From the IMG/VR virus record IMGVR_UViG_3300048672_000512, positions 32,001-96,000 of that record: a DNA stretch of 64,000 nt; one strand, 5' to 3'. The translations under genes and the position numbers were made by a program. Of the stretch, positions 9,863 to 18,412 are shown piece after piece (the stretch's first letter is position 1; the number at the start of each line of letters is the position of its first letter). This stretch comes from a virus. The notes below the pieces were generated by a model. The model saw nothing but the letters and a program-made list of their open reading frames with translations. It was not told the DNA's origin and did no database searches.

Positions 9863-10222
9863 ATGATAAAAGAAACTTGGTATCTGCTGTATCGTGTACT
9901 TGACAATGGCGAGCTGGAATTTGTCAGAAGGACAACAAGCGGATCGCTTGCTTTTTCCTGGTTCAACGATGTTGATACTTGCGTTCAGATAGTGACGGAT
10001 ACAAGTCTTTGCACGGCTACCGGGTGGGAAGACTTTCAAAACATACTGTCGTCAATAGCCCTGCGTATAAAGGCTAAGACAGAAGAGGCAACAAAAGATC
10101 TTCCCCAAGGAACTTGCCTCTCTTGTCGTGGCGATGGAGAAATAGGTGGTCAATTCTGTGGAGGTACTTATGAACAGTGTCCCGCCTGCAACGGTACAGG
10201 AGTTGCTACCAATGGCAAGTGA
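9863..10222 (+). CDS. hypothetical protein with DnaJ-type Cys-rich zinc finger
   Basis: CLSCRGDG...CPACNGTG. Confidence 0.6.
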   Translation: MIKETWYLLYRVLDNGELEFVRRTTSGSLAFSWFNDVDTCVQIVTDTSLCTATGWEDFQNILSSIALRIKAKTEEATKDLPQGTCLSCRGDGEIGGQFCGGTYEQCPACNGTGVATNGK

Positions 10223-10922
10223 TCCGCGTGCTAGTCTCTGCAAAGCTCCACTGTTCTACGGCAAAGAACTGGAAGGATTCTCGCAAGGAGAATACACGGT
10301 TTTCGTAACGGACATTCGCTACCTTTTGGAAAACGAAAACCTTGTTACTAGCGCAGCGTGGCTAGCTCACAGCTGCCTTCCGTCTAACGTTCGCTACCTA
10401 CATCCTTACCAGTGGCTGCACAGGCTGTACTTAGGTGCGGGTGAGCTATCTGATATTTCAATCAGCGACTTGCATGATCTGCTGACTTCTGAATATATAG
10501 CAGTTGTCAAGACACTAGTCGTAGAAGCTACAGCTGAGTGGTATCTAGCAAACGCGGCAGAGCTTAAGCATCTAGTGCAGGAGTTCAACTGCTCAAGTGC
10601 AAACAGAAGCGCAGCTCGCAGCCGATACCGTACAACCACAAAGCTTCAGTTTGAGTTTGTAGTTACCACAACAATGATAGGCTCTGGTGGCAGGTTTATA
10701 ACCGACTGTACTGAAAAAGAGTATGTAGCTGTTAAACACCTGCAAGACAGCTTTGAAGCCTGCAACGTATCTTTCTACTACAAAGTAGACGCGTGTAACG
10801 TAGTTGTTATCTCTATCAGAAACTCACTAGCAGGAAATACAGCAGTTAGGCTTAGTTCTGTGGGTGGCAAATACAGCAATGACGTGGACTTGACACCATA
10901 CATCGATGACATGAAAAGATGA
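10212..10922 (+). CDS. hypothetical protein
   Basis: ATG 10212 after GGAG; ATGA overlap with next gene. Confidence 0.55.
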   Translation: MASDPRASLCKAPLFYGKELEGFSQGEYTVFVTDIRYLLENENLVTSAAWLAHSCLPSNVRYLHPYQWLHRLYLGAGELSDISISDLHDLLTSEYIAVVKTLVVEATAEWYLANAAELKHLVQEFNCSSANRSAARSRYRTTTKLQFEFVVTTTMIGSGGRFITDCTEKEYVAVKHLQDSFEACNVSFYYKVDACNVVVISIRNSLAGNTAVRLSSVGGKYSNDVDLTPYIDDMKR

Positions 10923-12247
10923 ACAAAAAAGAAAAGGAAGAGCTGCTACGCTCCGGTGTTGGGTATTACCTAGCACCTGCCTGCATAGATAGAATACTGC
11001 CATCGCTTATCAAAGAGGTTGCAGATGGGTCAACAGAGTTGACAGCGTCAACGCAGAAAGAAGGGGCGCTAGCTAAGTACCACCTAACGATGCCTGGAAA
11101 GAGTCTGTATATTGCTTCAGACTCTTACGCTTTGCGAAACACACAGCTTCTGAAATCAAAGAACTTCCACAACTGGCGAGCATTGTCCGACTCACCCTTT
11201 GGTCTGATAAATCACTTTGATAGTCCAGATCGGATTGCAGGTTTCCTGAAGTCTACCAAGTTGATTCTTCAGGACTCTGGTGGTTTTCAGATGGCTACCG
11301 GAAAGACAGACTTTGTGTGTCCTGAGTACGTTCTGGAAAAGCACAGAAACAACGCAGACATCGGAGTGACACTGGATATTCCGATCTACCCGTTCACGCA
11401 TGCTATAACAGCAGAGACAATACCAAGAGTTGCGTCAGTCACTGAAAGAACGAACCGATACTTTCTGAAGTCTGGCTATAGCAGCTTCATGAATCTGAAT
11501 CATGGAAGAAACATCAAGGAGCGTCTGAAGTGGATGGAGAGCACTCAGAAAAAGGCTCCGGGTGTCGCTCTATGCATCGGGGGTTTCATCAGCAACAATC
11601 GCAGAAAGGTGCTACCCAAAGCGTTTGCTGCAACGGTTGTCAAGCTCATTCAAGCGTCTGGGTATAGATACTTTCATGTTTTGGGTGTTAGTACAAGTTG
11701 GCAACAGATCATCCTAGCTTCAATAGCGCACAGGTATAAAGTGCTGATAACCAGCGACAGCACATCCTGGCTTACACTAGCGCGACGCGGCTGCTTGATA
11801 ACGCCTAACTATGACGTGTATCAGCTTCCAAAGTCAAAGCCTGGTCACAAGACAGACAAGCTTTTGAACTGCGTGTGTCCTGCTTGTTCCATCTTTCAGT
11901 ACGAAGCTTTGTACTCGCACAACACGCGGTTTGCTCTTGTGCACAATTTGCTAGCAGCAGACCGAATTGCTTCTCAAATCAACGCAGTTTTTGCTGGCAA
12001 TCCAGACCTGTCTGTAGACTGGGAGTCCAGTCTTGTGAAAGAGAACATGAAAGGCGTTGACGCCTACATAAACGGCGAACGTGTATGGAAGGACACAGAC
12101 GAACTGAAGACCGGAACAACCAAAATTCGAGAGTCGCTGTTCAGCAGCAGCGAAGACTTTGTGCATGCAGATCTGGCAACACAGAAGGCTTCCCTGAACA
12201 GAATTTTGACAGCATACGACAAGTTCTTTGCAGAAAGAGGAATCTAA
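10919..12247 (+). CDS. dpdA: guanine transglycosylase (TGT/DpdA family)
   Basis: QDSGGFQ catalytic motif, LDIP, HVLG, SDSTSW, CVCPAC...HN zinc site; located in a Que cluster. Confidence 0.82.
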   Translation: MNKKEKEELLRSGVGYYLAPACIDRILPSLIKEVADGSTELTASTQKEGALAKYHLTMPGKSLYIASDSYALRNTQLLKSKNFHNWRALSDSPFGLINHFDSPDRIAGFLKSTKLILQDSGGFQMATGKTDFVCPEYVLEKHRNNADIGVTLDIPIYPFTHAITAETIPRVASVTERTNRYFLKSGYSSFMNLNHGRNIKERLKWMESTQKKAPGVALCIGGFISNNRRKVLPKAFAATVVKLIQASGYRYFHVLGVSTSWQQIILASIAHRYKVLITSDSTSWLTLARRGCLITPNYDVYQLPKSKPGHKTDKLLNCVCPACSIFQYEALYSHNTRFALVHNLLAADRIASQINAVFAGNPDLSVDWESSLVKENMKGVDAYINGERVWKDTDELKTGTTKIRESLFSSSEDFVHADLATQKASLNRILTAYDKFFAERGI

Positions 12248-12248
12248 C

Positions 12249-13463
12249 ATGAGCAAGATGTTTTACGTCGGTCTGGAGCGCTATCAGTCTCGCTACAGCT
12301 ATGATCTTGAGAATTGGACGCGCCAAGCCTGTGGTGAAAACTTTCCGCTTGAATTCGTTTCTGTTGGAGACAGCAAGTCGCTACACGCAATCAGCAACGG
12401 TCAGGTTCTTGACGCGTGTATTCGACCGCTACACGCGCTGATGCAGATTTCTGAGTTGATTCAATACGTGCAAGACGGAAGTCTAACTTCCGACGATCTG
12501 ATCTTCTTTGAAGACATGTACCATCCTGGCTTGGATGGTCTAGCTTACGCTCTTGCTCTGAAACGCGTCAAGCCACTTATCGTAGGTCGCTGCCTAGCGC
12601 AGACAATCGATCCAGACGATTTCACGTCAAACCATCCGGTGCTGCGCAAGTGGATGCCCAAGTATGAAAAGATGGCGCTTGACATCTTTGACGTACTGTT
12701 TGTTGCATCGCATGAAATGGTGAGCTTCATGCGAGCGGCTGGTTGGAACGCGCACGTGCTTGTTACCGGTCTTCCATTCAGCACAAAGTGTGTACGTGAA
12801 GTTGCAAACTGCAATCCTGATGGTATGCAGCCTGAAGGCTTTCACTCGCGCAAGCAGCGCGTGGTGTTTGCTTCGCGTCTTGACTGGGAAAAGCAACCCG
12901 TCTTCTTCCTTGAGGTTGCAAGAACAGTGCGTAAGATAGCACCGCATATCGAGTTTGCTTTCTTATCAGGCAAGCCGTGGTCAAGCAACAGACGGAGCAT
13001 TGAAGTTGAGATCCGCAAGGATATCAATGACGGTCTGGTTTCCATGTACGACAACCTTAGCAAGGAAGCGTACTACGATATTCTAAAAGACTCGCGTGTG
13101 CTGTTCAATTGCGCGCTGCAAGACTGGGTTTCAAACACGGTGTCTGAAGCTGATGCTCTTGGCTGCAATCTGGTGTTTCCTGCCTACCGCTCTTTTGTTG
13201 AGTTGTTTGTGGAGCGACAGTCCTGCCTGTACACACCTTGGAATGTAAAACAAGCAGCGGACGCGGTAATCGTAGCTTGTTGCAAGCCGGATGAAAAGAT
13301 CGGAAGTACGGCCGATATGATGTCAGCAATGACAGCTAGCAGCATGACACAACTTGCTGAGCTACTGCAAGATCATATTCAAGGAGAAGGCTTTTCGCAT
13401 GGAACTACGGTTGCTGACCTTGACAGGATGCATTTTAACCGAGCAGACTGGAGCTACACATGA
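12249..13463 (+). CDS. GT-B fold glycosyltransferase (GT4-like)
   Basis: FASRLDWEKQ, YYDIL.DSRVLFN, QDWVSNTVSEA.ALGC.LVFP C-terminal donor-binding motifs. Confidence 0.82.
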   Translation: MSKMFYVGLERYQSRYSYDLENWTRQACGENFPLEFVSVGDSKSLHAISNGQVLDACIRPLHALMQISELIQYVQDGSLTSDDLIFFEDMYHPGLDGLAYALALKRVKPLIVGRCLAQTIDPDDFTSNHPVLRKWMPKYEKMALDIFDVLFVASHEMVSFMRAAGWNAHVLVTGLPFSTKCVREVANCNPDGMQPEGFHSRKQRVVFASRLDWEKQPVFFLEVARTVRKIAPHIEFAFLSGKPWSSNRRSIEVEIRKDINDGLVSMYDNLSKEAYYDILKDSRVLFNCALQDWVSNTVSEADALGCNLVFPAYRSFVELFVERQSCLYTPWNVKQAADAVIVACCKPDEKIGSTADMMSAMTASSMTQLAELLQDHIQGEGFSHGTTVADLDRMHFNRADWSYT

Positions 13464-14311
13464 TTCCTATCTATGCAGATACAAATGTAGGGCCGAAGTT
13501 CTACACGCGAGCCGATGCGCTGCTTGTACGCCACACGTTCTTCACTATTCAGAGTGAAGGTCCATTCTGCGGGCGGCCTGCTTTCTTCATTCGCCTGGGA
13601 GGATGTAATCTTGGCGACAAGTCCAAGTACTGTTCTTTCTGTGACTCGGATTTCAGAGCAGAGCATTCCACGTATCAAACCTACCAAGAATTGCTTGACA
13701 AGATTCTTGAAGTAAGGGCGCCGCTTGAGTATGACCCGCTTATCGTGATCACGGGCGGTGAGCCGTTTCTGCAGGCTATACAGCTTCAGCGTTTTGTACG
13801 GCACTTGCATGAAAACTTGGACTGGGTTGAAATTCAATTTGAGTCCAACGGAACAATGTTTTCGCACATCCGCAGCCTACTAGCGCAAGCTGTCTACAAC
13901 TCCGTGTCTGTAGTCGTGTCTCCAAAAGCTGCAATGACGGATGATGGCTTACACTTCACGGGCGACCCTGGAGCTTCCTTCACCGACGCTGAAGAATCAG
14001 ACAGCGCATCTGAAGAAACCTGGTTTATTGCAGACAACCTCTATTACAAGTTTGTGGTTTCTGCAGATCCAACTTCAAAGCATAACCAGTTGCCTGCATG
14101 GGTAGACAGGATTCCGCCAGAGAAGGTTTACATATCTGCTATTGCAGAGTACAGGCGTGAACTGAAGCCTGGAGAAACCGCAAACCTGTGGGATGCGACT
14201 CTGATTGATCAGGCGAGTACTTCCAAGAACTACCAATATGCTGCTGAACTTGCAATGGAGAAAGGATTCAACCTGAGTGTACAGAGTCACCTTCTTTGCT
14301 CAATAGAATAA
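13460..14311 (+). CDS. queE: 7-carboxy-7-deazaguanine synthase, radical SAM
   Basis: TIQSEG...GRPAFFIRLGGCNL..CSFCD, VITGGEPFLQ, FESNGT, VSPK, SVQSH. Confidence 0.88.
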   Translation: MIPIYADTNVGPKFYTRADALLVRHTFFTIQSEGPFCGRPAFFIRLGGCNLGDKSKYCSFCDSDFRAEHSTYQTYQELLDKILEVRAPLEYDPLIVITGGEPFLQAIQLQRFVRHLHENLDWVEIQFESNGTMFSHIRSLLAQAVYNSVSVVVSPKAAMTDDGLHFTGDPGASFTDAEESDSASEETWFIADNLYYKFVVSADPTSKHNQLPAWVDRIPPEKVYISAIAEYRRELKPGETANLWDATLIDQASTSKNYQYAAELAMEKGFNLSVQSHLLCSIE

Positions 14312-14436
14312 TGTATCAAGGATACCAAAGAAAGACAGACAGAAGGTTCTGTCTTGCGTGTGGATGCAACCGTTGGCATTTCAAAACCGAAAATGGCAAT
14401 TGGTATTGCATCGTGTGTTTCCGACTCTTAACCTAA
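14311..14436 (+). CDS. 41-aa zinc-ribbon microprotein (not in ORF track)
   Basis: TAATG overlap with the queE stop; MYQGYQRKTDRRFCLACGCNRWHFKTENGNWYCIVCFRLLT with CxxC...CxxC. Confidence 0.6.
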   Translation: MYQGYQRKTDRRFCLACGCNRWHFKTENGNWYCIVCFRLLT

Positions 14437-14448
14437 GCGGGACGTCAA

Positions 14449-14814
14449 ATGATCAAGAAGATTTCAACCATGCTACTTCTGTGCGCTACAGTTTCACTAG
14501 CACCAGTTGTGCAAGCTGCAGAGGTTTCCTCAGATATCAATCTGCGCCCTATTGTTAGTACGGCTAGGGGCTTGGGTTATCTGCTTGGCACAAATGAAGA
14601 CGAGCGCAAGCTGTTTTTCGGTTACCTGTACGGAGCTTTAGGCATGGGGAACCATGTATTCTTTTGTCTTCCGGAAACTCCATCGATAAAGAGTATGGGG
14701 CTATTTGCAGTGCGTGCCTTTAACTCCATCCCAGAAGACAAACGGGACGTAGTAGAGGCAGCAGACGCTCTAGCTGTTTATCTGGCACTTCGATACAAGT
14801 GCACAAAGGCGTGA
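14449..14814 (+). CDS. secreted Rap1a/Tai4-like immunity-fold protein
   Basis: Signal peptide (..APVVQA|AE); GYLYG...FCLP...PE.R...AA..LA...Y.C pattern. Confidence 0.6.
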   Translation: MIKKISTMLLLCATVSLAPVVQAAEVSSDINLRPIVSTARGLGYLLGTNEDERKLFFGYLYGALGMGNHVFFCLPETPSIKSMGLFAVRAFNSIPEDKRDVVEAADALAVYLALRYKCTKA

Positions 14815-14822
14815 ACCTTGTG

Positions 14823-14855
14823 AAGGCTCTGTAGATAACTCTACAGAGCCTTTTT
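14823..14855 (+). terminator. rho-independent terminator
   Basis: AAGGCTCTGTAGA-TAAC-TCTACAGAGCCTT perfect stem plus T run. Confidence 0.85.
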
Positions 14856-14860
14856 AACTT

Positions 14861-17365
14861 ATGACCATGTTTACCGCCTACTTTGAAACTGGACAGCTGC
14901 GCTACCGTAGTGATCTTGAAGTCCTAAACCTTTCTGAGGTGGAAGACTTCTACAAGCTAGTGCCAGTATGTTCTAGAAACTGGAAGTCCTCCGAGTTCCG
15001 TCTTCTGGTTGTTGTGGAAGCTGTAGATCGTCAAGACCTGAAGACAGGAAAGCTTCTGTCTATGGACCTTGAAAAGGAGCGCGGTTCCTCCTACTACGCA
15101 AACACAATGACTGCACTTCTACCTGGGCTGCTTGACGCCTCATGGAAGATGTACACAGACTGGCTTGCAGTAGACAATGAAACACCTGAAGTTTCTGAAG
15201 TAGCTCTTGGTGTTGTCAATTTCAACGCTGCAAAGACGTACACGCTTGAGCCTACAGCAAGAAAGGCGATGCACAAGAAGTTTGCGGATCGTGTTATACA
15301 CGTGATCGATAGCATGAAACCCACGCATGTCTTTGTGTGTGGAGACACTGCTACCGTCAACCTGTTGGAATTGCTATCCGAACAGGATGTTCCTCACTGC
15401 GAAGTGAAGCGTGGCTGGGTTTTTGACCTAACGCACAAGAACCACAAGTTCAAGCTGGTTCCATCGCTGGATCTTGAAACGCTGTACAACCCAAAGGCTA
15501 ACGAGTCTGCAGATGACGACGACGGCGACTCAGACATGGCGGACAAGTACGCAACTGCAGATCTGCTGTACTTTGTAGGTCGCAACCTTGTAAACCTGTT
15601 TGCTGGACGGCACCTGTACTCTCTTAAGAGGCTGCGTCCAAAGGCCGTGTATGTAGACACCGTGGAACAGTTTGACAAGGTCATGGACCTTGTTGAATCT
15701 CCGGACGTTGAATATGTTGGCACAGACACGGAAGGTGCTAGCCTGAATGTAGTGACCAACAAGATATTTTCTGTGCAGTTTGCTGTAGACACAAAGGTTG
15801 GCTATGTCATACCGCTGTTGCATCCAGATACGCCGTTTGATGGAGAAGAGCTGAAGTATGTTTTCAAGCGACTTCGGAAGTTCTTTGGTGCTACCAAAGA
15901 GGCAAGCCTGAAGACGCTGGTGTACATCAACGGCAAGTTTGACCTGCGCTTTCTACGTGTGCAACTAGGCATTCCTGTCATTCTGCATCGCACCTATGAG
16001 GTTAACGCCGGCGAACAGCTTCTGGATGAAAACATTGGCTTGTTTGGTGGTGCTGATTCTGGAGGTCTGCGCTTTCGCAAGGATAACGACAAGGTCCGCA
16101 CCTCGTATCAAGGCCTCATGAATGCTCTGTGCCTGTACGAGAACGACGCTTACTACAATCTGCAGTTTTCAAAAGAAGACCGTGGAAACATGGGTGCGCA
16201 ACCGTTGAATGATCCAGACGTTCTCTACTACTGCGCGCATGACTCTGTAGCTGTCTTAGCCATGGCACGCATGCAGATACGTAGAGCTAAACATACATTC
16301 GTGCGTCCGAACTTTGACAGCAAGAAGCTGGTTCCATATTACAAGTATTTCATTCGGCACGTTGTTCTACAGATGGGGGCTACGGTTCAAGGTCTTTCCT
16401 ACATGGAGCAGAATGGCTCGCCCATTGACCTTGAATACCTGACCATTCTTGCTGGAAAGAAGTCACCTTTGCTTGCTGAAATCAATCAGCTGAACAACGA
16501 CATGCGGGCCTTCCCTAGCGTAGCTGCAACAGAGAAGCTGCTGTTGAAGTCTATGGGGCGCTCCGGTGGTGGTTTGCTTGGTTCCGTTGGAACTGCTGGC
16601 ATGTTCGACATATCTAAGCGGGATCACTTGCACAAGCTGTTCTACGAAGTGATGAAGCTTAAAGTGGTGTCGCATACAGGCGGTGGTGCCGTAGCAATCG
16701 ACAAAGAGTTCATAAACACCTACAGCGCGGATTACAAGGAAGTAGCAACCTTTGGTCAGTACACCAAGGTAACGAAGCTGATGTCAACCTACGTCAAAGG
16801 GTGGTTGAAGAAGATTCAAGTTTCGGTAGACGACCTAGCTAGAAGTGTTCTGAGTCCTGGCTTTGGATTCTTTACCATTGTCACTGGACGCCTGAACAGT
16901 TTCAAACCTTCTTTGCAGAACGTACCGTCACGCGGAGGTACGGCAAAGATAATCAAGCGAATGTTTCGAGCACCCAAGGGTTTTCTTAGCGTCAATTTCG
17001 ATTACAGCGCGAATGAAATCCGTGGCGGCGCTATCCTTGCAAAGGATGATAAGCTAGCCGGAGCTTTTCAAGATGGTATCGATCTACGTAAACAGTGGAT
17101 TGTAAAACCTTCAGCTGAACTTGCAGCCAGTCTAGCAACGCGCGGTGACGTCCATATTCAGAACGTCAAACGCCTGTTTGGTGTTTGGGTTGCAAAGTCC
17201 GACCCTCGCCGTAATGCCATTAAGGCAGTTGTGTTCGGTCTTATGTATGGAAAGGGTGCAGGAACCCTCGGTAAGGACTTGAAGAAGGACGCTCTGAATG
17301 AGGCTATGGATAAGCGTCGCAGTATCGTCAAACAGATACGGGAACTTGAAAAAGAAGTAAGCTGA
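14861..17365 (+). CDS. polA: family A DNA polymerase, N-terminal part (UDG-like domain, 3'-5' exonuclease, motifs A and B)
   Basis: DTEG, NGKFD, YCAHD exonuclease motifs; TGRLNS..PSLQNVP; FDYSANEIR (motif A); RNAIKAVVFGLMYG (motif B); no motif C. Confidence 0.9.
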   Translation: MTMFTAYFETGQLRYRSDLEVLNLSEVEDFYKLVPVCSRNWKSSEFRLLVVVEAVDRQDLKTGKLLSMDLEKERGSSYYANTMTALLPGLLDASWKMYTDWLAVDNETPEVSEVALGVVNFNAAKTYTLEPTARKAMHKKFADRVIHVIDSMKPTHVFVCGDTATVNLLELLSEQDVPHCEVKRGWVFDLTHKNHKFKLVPSLDLETLYNPKANESADDDDGDSDMADKYATADLLYFVGRNLVNLFAGRHLYSLKRLRPKAVYVDTVEQFDKVMDLVESPDVEYVGTDTEGASLNVVTNKIFSVQFAVDTKVGYVIPLLHPDTPFDGEELKYVFKRLRKFFGATKEASLKTLVYINGKFDLRFLRVQLGIPVILHRTYEVNAGEQLLDENIGLFGGADSGGLRFRKDNDKVRTSYQGLMNALCLYENDAYYNLQFSKEDRGNMGAQPLNDPDVLYYCAHDSVAVLAMARMQIRRAKHTFVRPNFDSKKLVPYYKYFIRHVVLQMGATVQGLSYMEQNGSPIDLEYLTILAGKKSPLLAEINQLNNDMRAFPSVAATEKLLLKSMGRSGGGLLGSVGTAGMFDISKRDHLHKLFYEVMKLKVVSHTGGGAVAIDKEFINTYSADYKEVATFGQYTKVTKLMSTYVKGWLKKIQVSVDDLARSVLSPGFGFFTIVTGRLNSFKPSLQNVPSRGGTAKIIKRMFRAPKGFLSVNFDYSANEIRGGAILAKDDKLAGAFQDGIDLRKQWIVKPSAELAASLATRGDVHIQNVKRLFGVWVAKSDPRRNAIKAVVFGLMYGKGAGTLGKDLKKDALNEAMDKRRSIVKQIRELEKEVS

Positions 17366-17398
17366 GCTACCAACCCAAGAAATCACACGGAGAGTAAG

Positions 17399-18412
17399 AT
17401 GCCAAATGCAGGAAGTCAAACTAGTCAGACTAGTCACGATGTAACGATACGCAAGATGTTGGATGGGTGCGAGCTTCTTGTAGACGCTTACAGCCTGACT
17501 TGCGTGGATCCAGTCGTACCGTCGCCGCACGGAGCCTCCTATATGTTTGTGGATGGCACGTGGGTAGGCGCTAGTACAAGCATAACCGGAACCGTTGGAC
17601 GCAAAGCGCGTGTTATTCCACACCAAGGATCAGCACCGCCGCGTTCAAACATCACAACAGAAGTCCTTGCAACAGGAGCAAATACAAACTGCACCGTTGA
17701 AGTATGTATTCCAGGTCAGCTATGGTGGCATGGTCAGAGCATAGAGTTTGCTATTGAACCGTTTTCAGTTCTTGTTCTATCAATGACTGGTACTGGAAAG
17801 TGCGATCTGAGAATCACTGGAAGTGGCTACCAGTCCGTAACAAGCGGGCTTGGTGGCTCTGCTCGCTACAACGTATCTGCAAACAATCCACGAATCACAG
17901 ACATTCGCTCCGGCCCAGCTGTTCATACGTTCACTGCGGGTCAGGCTGGTATGGTGATTGTTCTGTGCTATGACACAATGCTGATAGTGGGACCACCAAC
18001 AGCACCTGCGGGCACGATAACGCATAGCTTCCAGCCAGTAAGCTCCAGCACATACACTGGATATAAAGGCGCTGCGTCATCTACTACTGTCAAGACGGAA
18101 GACAAGGTAAAGATCAACCTTGATAAGCTACCGTCGCATATTAAAGACAGGTATAACGCTACTATTGTTAGAAAGCTGCAAGAGTACATAACAGCGTACG
18201 AGACTGGATCTGGAATTACGCTTGTGCCAAATACCATGTCAGTAACGCAGAGTAAAGATGACCCGCCTCGCACGTTTCATGCTTCCTTTCGTTCTCATGG
18301 ATACGACAAAGAAGTGTTCAATGGACTAGACGCCTTTCTTCTTGTGAAGGGTTATGCAGGAAGTAGATACGACGTTGCTTCCTCCCTGATAGATCTTGAC
18401 TTTGAGGTGTGA
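17399..18412 (+). CDS. unknown beta-rich protein inserted between polymerase halves
   Basis: 337-aa ORF with own GGAG RBS; no intein or homing-endonuclease motifs seen. Confidence 0.7.
   Translation: MPNAGSQTSQTSHDVTIRKMLDGCELLVDAYSLTCVDPVVPSPHGASYMFVDGTWVGASTSITGTVGRKARVIPHQGSAPPRSNITTEVLATGANTNCTVEVCIPGQLWWHGQSIEFAIEPFSVLVLSMTGTGKCDLRITGSGYQSVTSGLGGSARYNVSANNPRITDIRSGPAVHTFTAGQAGMVIVLCYDTMLIVGPPTAPAGTITHSFQPVSSSTYTGYKGAASSTTVKTEDKVKINLDKLPSHIKDRYNATIVRKLQEYITAYETGSGITLVPNTMSVTQSKDDPPRTFHASFRSHGYDKEVFNGLDAFLLVKGYAGSRYDVASSLIDLDFEV

Noticed and set aside
8985-14311. Complete preQ0/archaeosine pathway
   Set aside because: No QueC (SGGxDS), QueF, Gat-QueC or FolE motifs were found in the window. 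They could lie elsewhere in the genome or be supplied by the host.
17366-18412. Group I intron or intein interrupting polA
   Set aside because: The ORF fills all but 33 nt of the insert. I found no convincing group I P7/R/S core sequences and no HINT N- or C-terminal motifs, and Pol-C has its own RBS. Splicing is not fully excluded without RT-PCR.
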